DNA of 64,000 nucleotides from Hyphomicrobiales bacterium (GTDB lineage Bacteria; Pseudomonadota; Alphaproteobacteria; Rhizobiales; JACESI01): NCBI GenBank assembly GCA_039989895.1, contig JBDXGY010000006.1, positions 938,245 to 1,002,244 of the forward strand, read 5' to 3'. Shown piece by piece: positions 31,022 to 42,223 of this stretch (position 1 is its first letter; each line of letters starts with the position of its first letter). The notes under the pieces were generated by a model. It saw only the letters and a program-made list of their open reading frames with translations, ran no database searches and was not told where the DNA came from. The position numbers and the translations under genes were made by a program.

Positions 31022-31606
31022 TTATTTCAACCCACGGCTTCCCGGTTTTACTGCTGGGATAGAAGATAATTCTGGTGGCAAATCGTCTGGAGAGTAAGTT
31101 GGTACTTTATATTCTGTGAGTGCAATTAAGGGACGACCAACGTCCGCCTCTCCGCCTGAGCGGTCTATAAGGCACCCGACAGCGACCACTTCTATCTCAT
31201 TATCCCCAAGAGCTGCAATACACTCACGCACCGACAAACCTGTTGTGACAATATCCTCAACGATAACAACACGCGCGCCTTTATCCAATTCAAAACCACG
31301 ACGCAGCGTGAAAATACCTTCTTCGCGCTCAACATACATCGCAGGCAGCTTGAGATGTCGTGCCGTTTCATACCCAGGAATGATGCCACCAATTGCAGGT
31401 GAGATAACCGCGTCGAGTTTTCCAAGACCTTGCTCGTTCATTTTATCGGCTAATGCACGACATAATATCTCTGTGTCCGCAGGCGATTGAAAGACCTTTG
31501 CCTTTTGCAGGAAAACAGAACTGCGCAACCCAGATGAAAGAATAAAATGTCCTTCAAGTATTGCTCCCGCCCGCTTAAATACGGCTAGCACTTCGTCACG
31601 TGTCAT
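31022..31606 (-). CDS. pyrE: Orotate phosphoribosyltransferase
   Basis: 194 aa with the PRPP-binding motif '[13 protein letters not shown]'. Confidence 0.9.
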   Translation of the reverse strand: MTRDEVLAVFKRAGAILEGHFILSSGLRSSVFLQKAKVFQSPADTEILCRALADKMNEQGLGKLDAVISPAIGGIIPGYETARHLKLPAMYVEREEGIFTLRRGFELDKGARVVIVEDIVTTGLSVRECIAALGDNEIEVVAVGCLIDRSGGEADVGRPLIALTEYKVPTYSPDDLPPELSSIPAVKPGSRGLK

Positions 31607-31646
31607 ATATTTCTCAACTTTTTAACTGTAATCCATTGATCATAAT

Positions 31647-33899
31647 TTAGTCATTAATTCGTTCAACAGCACTCACAACATTTGTGGTTTTGATTTCAGC
31701 TATGATCCTATTCAGCTTCGTCAAATCGCTTACCATCAAATCGATTTTAATATCCGTAAAATCTGTCGCTCCATGCACGAGTTCCAGACGTTCGATATTA
31801 CTGTCAAGACTTGCAATGATTTGAGCTATCTGTGCAAGTGTTCCAGGTTCATTAAGCACACTGACGACAATTCTTGCGGGGAAAAGTTCACCAGCATCAG
31901 GATCAACGTCCCATCGCACATCAAGCCACACTTCAGGCGCATCATCAAAATGGCTCAACGTCAGGGATTGAATAGGATATATCGTAACACCAACGCCTGG
32001 CTCTAGAATGCCAACGATCCTGTCCCCCGGTAAAGCTCCACCATTTGGCGCGAATTTTACTTTGAAATCAGCCCCCACACCTTTCAGAGGAAACGGTGCT
32101 GCTTCACCGCGTTCAATGGGTTTATCAAAATCTGGAATTTTAAACTTAACGGCATCGGACCCCATAGCAAACCAGCCTTCACCTTTCGGCGCTGGCAAGT
32201 TTTTGGTCTTCGGGCTTGTCTCTTTCAAATCTGGGTAAATTGCCTCAATCACACTGGAGGGCGGCATTTCACCACTACCAATTTTTGCCATAAGTTCATC
32301 AACTTCAGAAAAGCCTAACCGCGGCAAAGCATCTATAATCAGTTCATCAGAAAGCGGGCGCTCAATGTGTTCAAATTGACGCTCGATAATCTGTCGCCCC
32401 AAACTGGCATGTTGGCGACGGCTCTGATCTCTTGTCGAACGACGAATGGCAGCCCGCGCCTTGCCTGTCACCGCAAAGTTTTCCCATACAGCAAGTGGTT
32501 TTTGTGCAGGAGAGCGCAAAATATCAACCTCATCCCCATTACTGAGTGTTGTCACAAGCGGCATGATGCGGCCATTGATTTTTGTCCCAACACATGTGTC
32601 ACCAATATCGGTGTGAACAGCATAGGCAAAATCGATCGAATTAGCCCCGCGCGGCAGCGTTATCAAGCGCCCTTTCGGGGTAAAGCAAAAGACCTGATCT
32701 TGAAACAGTTCGAGCTTTGTATTCTCAATAAAATCAAGCGATGTTTCATCATCGTGCTCACTGACGCCAGCAAGTAAATTAACAGTATTTTGCAGCCAAA
32801 TATAAGCGTAACTATCGTGATCAACCTTGCCAGCTAGATTGCCATCTCCACCACCTTCTCCATTTGAGATATCCTTATAGAGGGTGTGAGCTGCAACACC
32901 ATATTCAGCAATGCTATGCATTTCATGGGTGCGTATTTGAAGCTCCACACGCTTGCTGCCTGGGCCAATAACGGTGGTGTGCAACGAACGATAATCATTC
33001 TGTTTTGGTGTTGAAATAAAGTCCTTGAAACGTCCTGGCACCGATGCCCAACGCATATGGATAATGCCAAGTGCACGATAGCAGTCGGCAATATCGTCAA
33101 CCAGCACGCGAAACCCATAGACATCCGACAACTGTTCAAACCCAACACTCTTACGTTGCATCTTTGTGAAGATTGAAAACGGACGTTTTTCTCGCCCATT
33201 AACATCAGCTTTGAACTTCGCTTTCTTAAAAAGGTTATTCACCTCATCAACAACAGTATCAATATGGTGCTGGTTGCTCTCACGTAAATTAGCCAAGCGC
33301 TCGTTCACAGCATCAAAGGCATTTTTATTGATGACTGCAAAAGCAAGCTCTTCCAACTCTTCGCGCATTTCGCGCATACCCATACGCCCTGCTAGCGGAG
33401 CATAAATATCTCGTGTTTCCTCGGCGATGCGCTTACGTTTTTCTTCAGGCACATAATGCAATGTTCGCATGTTGTGCAAACGATCCGCGAGCTTAACAAT
33501 CAGCACACGCACATCATCGGAAATTGCAAGAAGCAACTTTCTCAGGTTTTCAGCTTGGGCAGCTTCTTTAGACACCAGATCAAGGCGCTGGATTTTGGTT
33601 AAACCCTCCACTAATTGGCCAATCTCAGAACCAAAAAGAGTATCTATTTCTGCGCGCGTTGCATCCGTATCCTCAATGGTGTCGTGCAAGAGCGCCACAG
33701 CAATCGTTGCATCGTCCAGCCTCATATCTGTCAAGATGGCCGCAACTTCTAAAGGGTGCGAAAAATAAGGATCACCTGAGGCGCGCTGCTGACGGCCATG
33801 CTTAGTCATGCCATAAACATAGGCTTTATTGAGCAAGCCCTCATCAGCATTAGCATTGTAGCGCATAACACGCTCAACAAGTTCGTATTGCCGCATCAT
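31647..33899 (-). CDS. rsh: Bifunctional (p)ppGpp synthetase/hydrolase (RelA/SpoT homologue)
   Basis: 750 aa. HD domain ('HPLEVAAIL', 'DRLHNMRTL'), a RelA_SpoT synthetase domain, then TGS and a C-terminal ACT-like region. Confidence 0.95.
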   Translation of the reverse strand: MMRQYELVERVMRYNANADEGLLNKAYVYGMTKHGRQQRASGDPYFSHPLEVAAILTDMRLDDATIAVALLHDTIEDTDATRAEIDTLFGSEIGQLVEGLTKIQRLDLVSKEAAQAENLRKLLLAISDDVRVLIVKLADRLHNMRTLHYVPEEKRKRIAEETRDIYAPLAGRMGMREMREELEELAFAVINKNAFDAVNERLANLRESNQHHIDTVVDEVNNLFKKAKFKADVNGREKRPFSIFTKMQRKSVGFEQLSDVYGFRVLVDDIADCYRALGIIHMRWASVPGRFKDFISTPKQNDYRSLHTTVIGPGSKRVELQIRTHEMHSIAEYGVAAHTLYKDISNGEGGGDGNLAGKVDHDSYAYIWLQNTVNLLAGVSEHDDETSLDFIENTKLELFQDQVFCFTPKGRLITLPRGANSIDFAYAVHTDIGDTCVGTKINGRIMPLVTTLSNGDEVDILRSPAQKPLAVWENFAVTGKARAAIRRSTRDQSRRQHASLGRQIIERQFEHIERPLSDELIIDALPRLGFSEVDELMAKIGSGEMPPSSVIEAIYPDLKETSPKTKNLPAPKGEGWFAMGSDAVKFKIPDFDKPIERGEAAPFPLKGVGADFKVKFAPNGGALPGDRIVGILEPGVGVTIYPIQSLTLSHFDDAPEVWLDVRWDVDPDAGELFPARIVVSVLNEPGTLAQIAQIIASLDSNIERLELVHGATDFTDIKIDLMVSDLTKLNRIIAEIKTTNVVSAVERIND

Positions 33900-33964
33900 G
33901 GCGTGTAAAAATACCTTATTATTATAGAATCAAATCAAACCAAAACTTGAGGCATTCTACAACT

Positions 33965-33998
33965 AAAAAAGGCGCTTATCATTATCGATAAGCGCCTT
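33965..33998 (-). terminator. Rho-independent terminator downstream of rpoZ
   Basis: 'aaaaaaGGCGCTTATCattatcGATAAGCGCCtt': a 10-bp perfect stem. On the minus strand it is followed by TTTTTT. Confidence 0.75.
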
Positions 33999-34022
33999 AA
34001 ATATCAGAAAAAATCTGAAATT

Positions 34023-34430
34023 TTAATAATCATCTGAACGATCTGGTGGTACAAGGCCTTCTAATCCACGAAGTAGATCATCTTCAGTAATCCGCTCATA
34101 ACCGGTTTCCGGTTGATCATCATCACCCGCCATTGGCATGCCACCCATCAATACTGGGCTAGACTCGACCACAGGAACAATCTCAGCTTCTGGCTCATCA
34201 ACTTCAACATTGTTTTGTAGTGAATGAATCAAGTCTTCTTTTAAATCTTCAGGAGAAACTGTTTCTTCAGCAATCTCACGCAACGCAACAACTGGGTTTT
34301 TGTCATTATCGCGATCAATGGTTATTTCTTCACCTGTAGAAATCATGCGAGCACGATGACCAGCGAGCAAAACAAGCTCAAACCGGTTTTCAACTTTATC
34401 AACGCAATCTTCAACTGTCACACGAGCCAT
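34023..34430 (-). CDS. rpoZ: DNA-directed RNA polymerase subunit omega
   Basis: 135 aa. '[28 protein letters not shown]' is the canonical omega N-terminus. Confidence 0.95.
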   Translation of the reverse strand: MARVTVEDCVDKVENRFELVLLAGHRARMISTGEEITIDRDNDKNPVVALREIAEETVSPEDLKEDLIHSLQNNVEVDEPEAEIVPVVESSPVLMGGMPMAGDDDQPETGYERITEDDLLRGLEGLVPPDRSDDY

Positions 34431-34718
34431 GAAAAATCACTCCAAATTATATGAAATATCAAATCTTGTAAGGCTTATACCCCTAGCAATCAAAAATGCA
34501 AGACCTGATATACACTGGCGACAACTTCTCTAGCTTGAATTTATTCAGTTTCCGTTCAGTTATAATATTTTAGATACTAAAACATACCGACCATTAGACG
34601 ATATTATAACACAGTAATCTCACATCCTAGTTGCGTTTTGATCATGTCTGGAATATCGAATTGAAATAATTAGCGAGATGAGGGATTAAACCTCATCCAC
34701 ACTGGAGACTTATAATAT

Positions 34719-35312
34719 ATGTTTGACCCACGAGAAAAAGTTGCCCTATTCATTGATGGGGCAAATTTATACGCGACAGCTCGTTCTCTCGACTTCGAAA
34801 TTGACTACAGAAGCTTACTAAAGGACTTCAAACAAAGTAGTTATTTACTCCGTGCCTATTATTACACAGCCATTGCTGATGATCAGGAATATTCATCCGT
34901 TAGACCCCTAATTGATTGGCTTGATTACAATGGATATCGCGTCGTCACCAAGCCGACCAAAGAATTCACAGACGCGCAAGGCCGCCGTAAAGTCAAAGGC
35001 AACATGGACATAGAACTTGCTGTTGATATGTTAGAAGCAGCCGAACATGTAGACCACCTTGTCTTGTTTTCCGGGGATGGTGATTTTCGCTCCCTCGTCG
35101 CAGCCGTCCAGCGCAAAGGACGCAAAGTCAGCGTCATTTCCACACTGTTGACTCAGCCTCCCATGATTTCAGATGAGCTACGCCGCCAAGCTGATAATTT
35201 TATTGACCTCAAAACATTGAGAAACTCTATTGGACGTGACCCATCAGAGCGCCCTGAACGTATTGAGCCTGAACTCGATGAATATGATCAGGATTCTGGC
35301 TCAGAGGACTAA
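34719..35312 (+). CDS. NYN-domain (LabA-like) protein
   Basis: 197 aa. 'VALFIDGANLY' and 'LVLFSGDGDFRSLV' are the acidic PIN/NYN-type motifs. It has an acidic C-terminal tail. Confidence 0.8.
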   Translation: MFDPREKVALFIDGANLYATARSLDFEIDYRSLLKDFKQSSYLLRAYYYTAIADDQEYSSVRPLIDWLDYNGYRVVTKPTKEFTDAQGRRKVKGNMDIELAVDMLEAAEHVDHLVLFSGDGDFRSLVAAVQRKGRKVSVISTLLTQPPMISDELRRQADNFIDLKTLRNSIGRDPSERPERIEPELDEYDQDSGSED

Positions 35313-35330
35313 ATACCGAGAGCGGCTTTC

Positions 35331-36005
35331 ATGGCTAAACAATCTCAAACACAGCCAGATGCAATAGCTATCAAGCAAACCGATCCAAACTATAATTGCC
35401 AGCGTTGCCCAAGGCTTGCAACATTCATAGAGAACCAACGAAGCAAAGAATCCGACTGGTTTAACGGCCCTGTCCCAACCTTCGGTGATATAAAAGCTCG
35501 TATCATGATTGTAGGTTTGGCTCCCGGCATGAAGGGCGCGAATAGGACCGGACGCCCTTTCACTGGTGATTTTGCTGGAGATCTTCTTTATGAAACACTG
35601 GAAAAATTTGGCTTTTCCAGCGGTACCTATGACAAGCGCGCTGACGACGGCTTGACCCTGCATGACATTACAATCACGAATGCTGTGCGCTGTGTACCCC
35701 CACAAAACAAGCCAACGCCGGAAGAAATCAAAACCTGCCGGCCATTTTTACAAAATACAATCAACGCCCACCCCAATCTCAAAGGCTTTATCGTTTTAGG
35801 ACGCATTGCTCATGATACATTATTGCGAAATTTTTCTATTCCGCTAAAGGCTCACCCTTTTGCCCATGGCGCGGTTCATGAATTGATAAATGGTTTTTTG
35901 ATTTTCGACAGTTATCACTGCTCGCGCTACAATACCAATACTGGACGACTGACAAGTGCGATGTTTGATGATGTCTTCAAAAAGGTACGCACAAAGCTTA
36001 GTTAG
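35331..36005 (+). CDS. Uracil-DNA glycosylase superfamily protein (family 4/5-like, Fe-S type)
   Basis: 224 aa. N-terminal 'CQRCPRL', the motif '[19 protein letters not shown]', and late 'SYHCSRYN'. Confidence 0.85.
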   Translation: MAKQSQTQPDAIAIKQTDPNYNCQRCPRLATFIENQRSKESDWFNGPVPTFGDIKARIMIVGLAPGMKGANRTGRPFTGDFAGDLLYETLEKFGFSSGTYDKRADDGLTLHDITITNAVRCVPPQNKPTPEEIKTCRPFLQNTINAHPNLKGFIVLGRIAHDTLLRNFSIPLKAHPFAHGAVHELINGFLIFDSYHCSRYNTNTGRLTSAMFDDVFKKVRTKLS

Positions 36006-36484
36006 CCGCGATCTCGAAGCAACCGTGACTTTTCACGGCCCCAATCTCGTCTTTTCTCAGTCTCACGTTTATCGTGTAATTTCTTACCCTTGCCCAGACC
36101 GATTTCCACCTTCGCCCTGCCCTTTTCATTGAAATAGAGCTTAAGCGCTATCAGTGTCATCCCGTCACGCTGAACGGATGCGCTTAGTTTTTCGATTTGC
36201 TTACGATGAAGGAGCAATTTTCGGCGGCGGCGAGGTTGGTGGTTAAAACGGTTGCCTTCCAGATATTCCGGAATATGGGCATTGATCAACCAAAGCTCAC
36301 CGCCTTCATGGTTGGCATAGGATTCGGCAATCATCGCCTGCCCGTTACGCAGAGATTTCACCTCTGTTCCAGTCAGCATAATGCCAGCTTCAAATGTGTC
36401 TACAATTTCATAGTTGTAGCGCGCTTTGCGATTATCAGCAGCAATGCGGTTCGTCGTTTTAGAACTAGCTTTTTTCTTGCCCAT
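36002..36484 (-). CDS. smpB: SsrA-binding protein
   Basis: 160 aa. '[10 protein letters not shown]' and the basic C-terminal tail are typical of SmpB. Confidence 0.95.
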   Translation of the reverse strand: MGKKKASSKTTNRIAADNRKARYNYEIVDTFEAGIMLTGTEVKSLRNGQAMIAESYANHEGGELWLINAHIPEYLEGNRFNHQPRRRRKLLLHRKQIEKLSASVQRDGMTLIALKLYFNEKGRAKVEIGLGKGKKLHDKRETEKRRDWGREKSRLLRDRG

Positions 36485-36508
36485 TTTTTAGCCCATGAGC
36501 CCAATCAG

Positions 36509-37423
36509 TTAAGTGAGCAACCCAGCATACGCCAAAGCATCATCTATGATATTCTTGACTTCATCCGATACACCAACCATTGGCAAGCGCACTTCATCAG
36601 ACAGTATGCCAAGTTTTGACAAAGCATATTTAGGACCACTAGGGTTTGGTTGAATGAACAAAGCTTCATGCAGCGGGGTCAAGCGGTCTTGAATTGCTAA
36701 TGCATCCTCAAAGCGCCCCTCAAGCGTTGCCGTTTGAAATTCAGCACACAAACGTGGTGCAATATTGGCGGTTACAGAAATGCATCCGCGCCCTCCATGG
36801 GCGTTATAGCCCAATGCCGTAATATCTTCGCCTGACAACTGAATGAACGTCTCACCCATGGCTGCGCGTTGAAGTGAAACCCTCCCCAGATCGCCGGTGG
36901 CATCTTTCACACCAATCACATTCTCGCAATCATTGAAAAGCTGCGCCATTGTATCAACCGACATATCAACGATACTGCGCGGCGGAATATTGTAAATGAT
37001 AATAGGAATTTCCACTGCATCGCAGATTGCTTTGAAATGCGCATAAAGTCCGCGTTGGTCCGGTTTGTTATAGTAGGGTGTCACGATCAGGGCTGCATCA
37101 GCGCCAACCTCTTGGGCGTGACGCGTCAAATCAATCGCTTCTTCTGTATTATTAGAACCGGCACCTGCAACAACTGGCACGCGTTTATTCGCGGTTTCGA
37201 CGCAGATTTCAACCAAGCGTTTATGTTCTTTATGAGACAATGTGGGAGACTCACCGGTCGTACCAACAGGCACCAGCCCGTGAGAGCCTTCAGATATTTG
37301 CCATTCGACAAATTTTGCAAACCCAGCCTCGTCAAGTTCACCATTGATAAATGGCGTCACCAACGCCGGCATTGACCCTTGTATCATAGTATCCATCTGC
37401 TCAATCACACTTCTCTCATTCAA
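36509..37423 (-). CDS. dapA: 4-hydroxy-tetrahydrodipicolinate synthase
   Basis: 304 aa. '[15 protein letters not shown]' and 'YNIPPRS' are DapA motifs. Confidence 0.95.
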   Translation of the reverse strand: MNERSVIEQMDTMIQGSMPALVTPFINGELDEAGFAKFVEWQISEGSHGLVPVGTTGESPTLSHKEHKRLVEICVETANKRVPVVAGAGSNNTEEAIDLTRHAQEVGADAALIVTPYYNKPDQRGLYAHFKAICDAVEIPIIIYNIPPRSIVDMSVDTMAQLFNDCENVIGVKDATGDLGRVSLQRAAMGETFIQLSGEDITALGYNAHGGRGCISVTANIAPRLCAEFQTATLEGRFEDALAIQDRLTPLHEALFIQPNPSGPKYALSKLGILSDEVRLPMVGVSDEVKNIIDDALAYAGLLT

Positions 37424-37635
37424 ACATGTGCCTCACTCGAAAACACACTATTGCCTTCATCGCAGCAAATAACAAAGTTTGCCAGTGACATTTACTAGCG
37501 ACAACGGCGACAAGCTCCTGCGCAAGCAATGATCCTTTCATATACTTTTTTTCTGCGCCGTAAATGACAAGCTGCATATTATCTTAATCAGTTTAGGTGA
37601 AATTCAACATAAGGGGTTAGCTAAAATAAAGATGA

Positions 37636-39750
37636 GTGATGATAATGCTTAGTTCGCGTATGTTTTTTCAAGCTGGTTTAACACTATTAAAAACCAGCTG
37701 CATATCTATGCTGTTCGTGGTGCCAGCATCAATTGGCTTGGCGACCACCCTTACACCTATTCCAAAGCAAAAGCCTGTATTCACCGATCTCACGCGAACA
37801 AATAGCCTAACCACCCAAGCATCAACATCGAGTACTTTTGCTGTCCGACCGACCAATGGCGCCTCGGTTCAACAGCTAAAATCATTCTTCGATGCATTCG
37901 ATCGAAAAGACGGAGATCTCGCTCTTAAACTAAAAGCACAACTTTCTCATCCACTGGACATTAAGATTGCACAATGGATGATTGCGACAACATCATCGCG
38001 CGGTTACTCTCACGAGACATTACGCAACACCCAGAAAAAAATCGCAAACTGGCCGGGCCAAGCAACCATGGCGCTTGCACAAGAAAACACACTTGTGAAA
38101 GCAGGGCGTGCTAACGGCTCTGTGGCCCGCGCCCTACCCGCACGCCCTTCCAGTGAGGAAGGAAAATTGCTTCAGGTGCAATCCTTTCTCAACGCTGGAG
38201 ATCGCAATCGCGCAGCCGTACTTATCCGTGATTACTGGGTAAGTCAGAACTTTACAGCGGTACTCGAGCGTCAAATCCTCAATCAATATGGCACCCTCCT
38301 CAGTCAGCGCCATCATAAAGCACGAGCAGAACGACTGCTCTATGATGAACGTGCCAATGGCGCACTTAGACTTTTGCCACGTCTTTCAAAATCTGACCAA
38401 GCACTCACGAAGGCGCGTGTTGCAGTTATTAGAAAACAATCCAAAGCAGGTCAGCTTCTTGCCAATTTACCCGCAAGCGCCAAACGGGAGCCGGGTTATT
38501 TCTTTGCAAAGGTACAACACCTTCGGCGGGCCGATAAATGGCTCGAAGCCGCAAAAGTGATGATGGCTGCCCCCACAGCAAAAAACGTATTGGTTGATCC
38601 CGATGAATGGTGGATTGAACGCCGCATTGTTTCGCGCAAAGTGCTTGAAGCAGGTCATCCAAAATTTGCCTATAACATCGCCTCAAATCATGCTGCCAAA
38701 CGTGCTGTTTCAAGGGTAGATGCTGAGTTTCATAGCGGCTGGTATGCACTACGCTTCTTGAATAATCCATCTGCTGCCTTACAGCATTTTAAAGCCATTC
38801 AACAAATCTCCAGCAGACCACTATCACAATCAAGAGCGCTATACTGGATGGCACGAGCATATCAAGCATCTGGCAACAGAACTCAAGAGATCAATCATTA
38901 CAAAGCGGCAGGTCGTTATGCGCATACCTACTATGGCCAGCTAGCCCTTCAAGCAATGGGGCACAATTCCATCAGACTGCCACGCCTGCCCGCGACAGAT
39001 AGCGCCAAGCTTAGCTTTAACGCCAATGGCTTTGTAAAGGTTATAAAGCGGCTCAATGAAGCAGGACAAACGGGACGCACCAGCATCTTCTATCGCCATC
39101 TTGCACAAACCCTGACAAGTCCGGCAGAATTAACATTGCTGGCCTCACTGGCAGACAAAAACAAACTGTATCGCATCTCACTGCAAATAGGGAAAATAGC
39201 CACTGGCCGTGGGATAGCGGTACAAAGGCTCGCTTTCCCACTTGGCGCTATCCCCAAAAGCGCCCGCATATCCAACAACAAAAAAGCGCTGGCCTATGCT
39301 ATTGCGCGCCAAGAAAGCGCCTTCAATAAAGCAATAGTCAGCCATGCTGATGCGCGTGGTTTGATGCAACTTTTGCCAGGAACTGCTAAACAGACAGCCC
39401 GCTCTATCGGCATACCTTTTAAGCCCGAACTACTGACTCGTGATGCTGGATATAATGCACGGCTTGGCACCGCATTTTTAAGCTCGCTGATTGAACGCTT
39501 TGGCGGTTCATATCCCCTAGCCTTTGTTGGATATAACGCTGGCCCGCGTCGTTCAAGCGAATGGATTACCCGTTTTGGTGACCCACGTAAGAATGCAATT
39601 GATGCCGTTGACTGGGTAGAGGCTATTCCGTTTTCCGAAACCCGCAATTATGTACAGCGCGTGATGGAAAACTATCAAGTTTATCGTCACCGTCTTGAAA
39701 ATGCTCCCTTGACTATTCGACGCGATTTAAATGGCGGCATACCGTCTTAA
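37636..39750 (+). CDS. Soluble lytic murein transglycosylase (Slt70-like)
   Basis: 704 aa with a signal/anchor, a long helical superhelix region and a C-terminal SLT domain: 'ARQESAFNKAIVSHADARGLMQLLPGTA...GYNAGP'. Confidence 0.85.
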   Translation: MMIMLSSRMFFQAGLTLLKTSCISMLFVVPASIGLATTLTPIPKQKPVFTDLTRTNSLTTQASTSSTFAVRPTNGASVQQLKSFFDAFDRKDGDLALKLKAQLSHPLDIKIAQWMIATTSSRGYSHETLRNTQKKIANWPGQATMALAQENTLVKAGRANGSVARALPARPSSEEGKLLQVQSFLNAGDRNRAAVLIRDYWVSQNFTAVLERQILNQYGTLLSQRHHKARAERLLYDERANGALRLLPRLSKSDQALTKARVAVIRKQSKAGQLLANLPASAKREPGYFFAKVQHLRRADKWLEAAKVMMAAPTAKNVLVDPDEWWIERRIVSRKVLEAGHPKFAYNIASNHAAKRAVSRVDAEFHSGWYALRFLNNPSAALQHFKAIQQISSRPLSQSRALYWMARAYQASGNRTQEINHYKAAGRYAHTYYGQLALQAMGHNSIRLPRLPATDSAKLSFNANGFVKVIKRLNEAGQTGRTSIFYRHLAQTLTSPAELTLLASLADKNKLYRISLQIGKIATGRGIAVQRLAFPLGAIPKSARISNNKKALAYAIARQESAFNKAIVSHADARGLMQLLPGTAKQTARSIGIPFKPELLTRDAGYNARLGTAFLSSLIERFGGSYPLAFVGYNAGPRRSSEWITRFGDPRKNAIDAVDWVEAIPFSETRNYVQRVMENYQVYRHRLENAPLTIRRDLNGGIPS

Positions 39751-39835
39751 GGGAACAGCATAGTCTTTTGGCTTGTTCTTGCTTTATCATTACAATATGA
39801 CTTTCCCCTAAATATTCCTCTCATAAGGATTTCTC

Positions 39836-40738
39836 GTGCTTTCGACTAATAACAGCGATATTTGGCGTGAATTTTCATTCCGTACAATGGATGATCTAAC
39901 CATTTGTGGGGTCGATTATGGTGATCGTTTATCTGAGAATGTTCCACTTGTCTGCTTACCAGGCCTCACCCGCTCAACGCGTGATTTTGAAGCAATCGCA
40001 GCATTACTCAGCCTAGACGAAAAAGCGCCCCGTCGCGTTTTAGCGCTGGACTACCGCGGACGTGGCCGCTCTGATTATGACCGCAACTGGACAAACTATA
40101 ATATACTCACCGAAGCTCAAGATGTGTTGAATGCAATTGTCGCCGCTGGCCTCAAAGATGTCGCCATATTGGGCACCTCGCGTGGCGGTATCATCGCCAT
40201 GCTTCTCAGCACGATGCGACCAGGTATAATTTCCGGCGTTATTCTGCATGACATAGGCCCGCAGATTGATGTTACCGGTCTTTTAAAAATTAAAAATTAT
40301 GTCTCGCATATGCCACTCCCTCGCAGTTGGGATGATGCTGCTGACATTTTGCGCTCTATCCATAAAAGCAGTTTCCCAAATTATACAGCCAACGACTGGA
40401 ACCGAGCGGCGCGTTTAACATTCAAAAATCAAGACGGTTTGCCTAAAATTGATTTTGACCCTGCCCTTGCCAAAACGCTTTCAACCATATCGGCGGATGA
40501 CCCCCCACCAAATTTATGGCCGCAATTCATGGCACTACGCTCTAAGCCTATGCTCGTTATCAGAGGTGGAAATTCCGATTTATTGTCGCAAGAAGCACTT
40601 GAAACAATGGACCGAGCTCACCCGACAATGCGCAGCATCACAGTTCCTGATGAGGGGCATGTACCCAATTTGATGAATGATGCCGTGGTCTATGAGATTA
40701 AAACTCTGCTCGCTAATTTAGATCAAAACCAGCATTAA
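39836..40738 (+). CDS. Alpha/beta-fold hydrolase
   Basis: 300 aa with a GTG start. Nucleophile elbow 'GTSRGG' and a late 'EGHVP' (catalytic His region). Confidence 0.75.
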   Translation: MLSTNNSDIWREFSFRTMDDLTICGVDYGDRLSENVPLVCLPGLTRSTRDFEAIAALLSLDEKAPRRVLALDYRGRGRSDYDRNWTNYNILTEAQDVLNAIVAAGLKDVAILGTSRGGIIAMLLSTMRPGIISGVILHDIGPQIDVTGLLKIKNYVSHMPLPRSWDDAADILRSIHKSSFPNYTANDWNRAARLTFKNQDGLPKIDFDPALAKTLSTISADDPPPNLWPQFMALRSKPMLVIRGGNSDLLSQEALETMDRAHPTMRSITVPDEGHVPNLMNDAVVYEIKTLLANLDQNQH

Positions 40739-40802
40739 AATTCTTTGAATTTTCGCACGGTCGCATACTGGACGAAACTGTACATAATGCTAGCAATAGG
40801 CA

Positions 40803-40847
40803 TAAAAAATCGGCCCTAGCATATGCCAAGGCCGATTTTATTTTTTG
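40803..40847. terminator. Bidirectional rho-independent terminator between convergent genes
   Basis: 'AAAATCGGCCctagcatatgccaaGGCCGATTTTatttttt': a 10-bp stem flanked by A-runs and T-runs on both sides. Confidence 0.7.
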
Positions 40848-40862
40848 GACTTAATGTGAACT

Positions 40863-41666
40863 TTAGAAGCTTACAGAAATAGAACCAACAACAGTTGAAT
40901 CAGCAATATCTCTGTCTTCGAAAACAAGCTCCGTGTCAGTGTCAATATACTGAACACTTAGAGATACGTTCTTATGGATTTCAGCTGATAGCCCAATATC
41001 CCAATAGAAATAATCACCATCGCCTTCAAACTCTTGATAGCCTAAGCCGCCAGCTAAGCTGAGTGGAAAAGGCGAAGGAATAAATGATAGGTTATAAGAA
41101 GCACTGCCTCTTACGTTATGAGCTTCGCCAGTGTCACCAAAAAATTCAGGTGAGAAGGCGTAGTCTAGTGCAACACCAAAATCATCTGTGATGCTGTAGC
41201 TCGTGCCTAATGTGAACTCGAAGAAATCTTGGTTCAATGAATTAGACGCATCTGGATATTGGTAATAAATACCGCCAACACTCCAACCAATGCCATTATA
41301 CTCACCAGACAAAGAACCATAATAGTCAATTTCAATTGATCCATCATCTGGAGCACCAGTATTTGGTGTGAAGTTAATGTTCGAGCCAAAAGCACCAAGT
41401 GTCAGGCTTACACCCTCTACAGGTGTGTCTACTGACCATTCAATAGTACCTTGAACAGCGGCTTCCTCATCTGTTTGCGAAAGACCACGGAAGCGATAAT
41501 CAGTGTAGAAACCTGCAGATGCAGAAAACGAACCAGGTAAGAATGATTTTTCTTCTGCTTCTGGTGCTGCTTCTGTTGCAACTGCTTCTAAGTCAGCAGC
41601 ATGACCTGCTGTTGCGAAACCCAACACGAGAAATGTTGATAGCAAATATGTTTTGAATTTATCCAT
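40863..41666 (-). CDS. TorF-family putative outer-membrane beta-barrel
   Basis: I prefer the start at 41666 ('MDKFKTYLLSTFLVLGFATAGHA' signal). 'GFYTDYRFRGLSQTDEEAAVQG' matches my recollection of the TorF/TIGR02001 N-terminal motif. Alternating beta-strand pattern with a C-terminal 'SVSF'. Confidence 0.7.
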   Translation of the reverse strand: MDKFKTYLLSTFLVLGFATAGHAADLEAVATEAAPEAEEKSFLPGSFSASAGFYTDYRFRGLSQTDEEAAVQGTIEWSVDTPVEGVSLTLGAFGSNINFTPNTGAPDDGSIEIDYYGSLSGEYNGIGWSVGGIYYQYPDASNSLNQDFFEFTLGTSYSITDDFGVALDYAFSPEFFGDTGEAHNVRGSASYNLSFIPSPFPLSLAGGLGYQEFEGDGDYFYWDIGLSAEIHKNVSLSVQYIDTDTELVFEDRDIADSTVVGSISVSF

Positions 41667-42174
41667 CTTGGATGTCCTTGAATGTGCGTTCAATCGAAGG
41701 GGGAGGCTTCGATTTCCTTAGGTGATATTCGATCAAGCCATTGTCGAGATATGTCGCTAACAATAAGGGAAAATTGAATAATACAATCTACATTTCCCTA
41801 TGTTTTTTGAAGAAACCTCCAACAACCAAAAAACAGTTGCAAAAATACTTCAGATTAGGTTTTCGCTGACTCATAATTATGCTTTTGCCTATTTTTTAGT
41901 CCCTCTAATGCACGCTTCTTGCTCGAATTATATCTTCAGATAAACCTATCCAGACTCAACCGCATTGAATCCTTAATGCAACGACTTTGATTCCATCGTT
42001 AAGTTAACCTAAAACAAGTTTACACATAATATAAAGTCATAATGTTATGCGTAACAAATGGTTAATTAGTATCTTTGGTGCGATCTAAATATATAGATAC
42101 CTAGGCTTATCAATCTCGAAAATGCTGGCCGCGTATGATGCTTTAAGTAGCTCACCGAAACTTTCATAACAAAA

Positions 42175-42199
42175 AAGCCCGGCTGTTAAGCCGGGCTTC
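42175..42199 (-). terminator. Rho-independent terminator ending the OmpA-family operon
   Basis: The minus strand reads 'GGAAGCCCGGCttaacaGCCGGGCTTTTTTGTT', 25 nt after the stop of the 236-aa gene. Confidence 0.75.
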
Positions 42200-42223
42200 C
42201 AATATCCACTTTGAGAGCGTCTT

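Noticed and set aside
36197..36619. 140-aa plus-strand ORF over smpB/dapA. Similar antisense ORFs occur at 35301-35705, 26700-27173, 45312-45701, 53347-53760, 48673-49140 and 32367-32777.
   Set aside because: Each lies entirely inside a well-supported gene on the opposite strand. None shows a recognisable motif or a ribosome-binding site.
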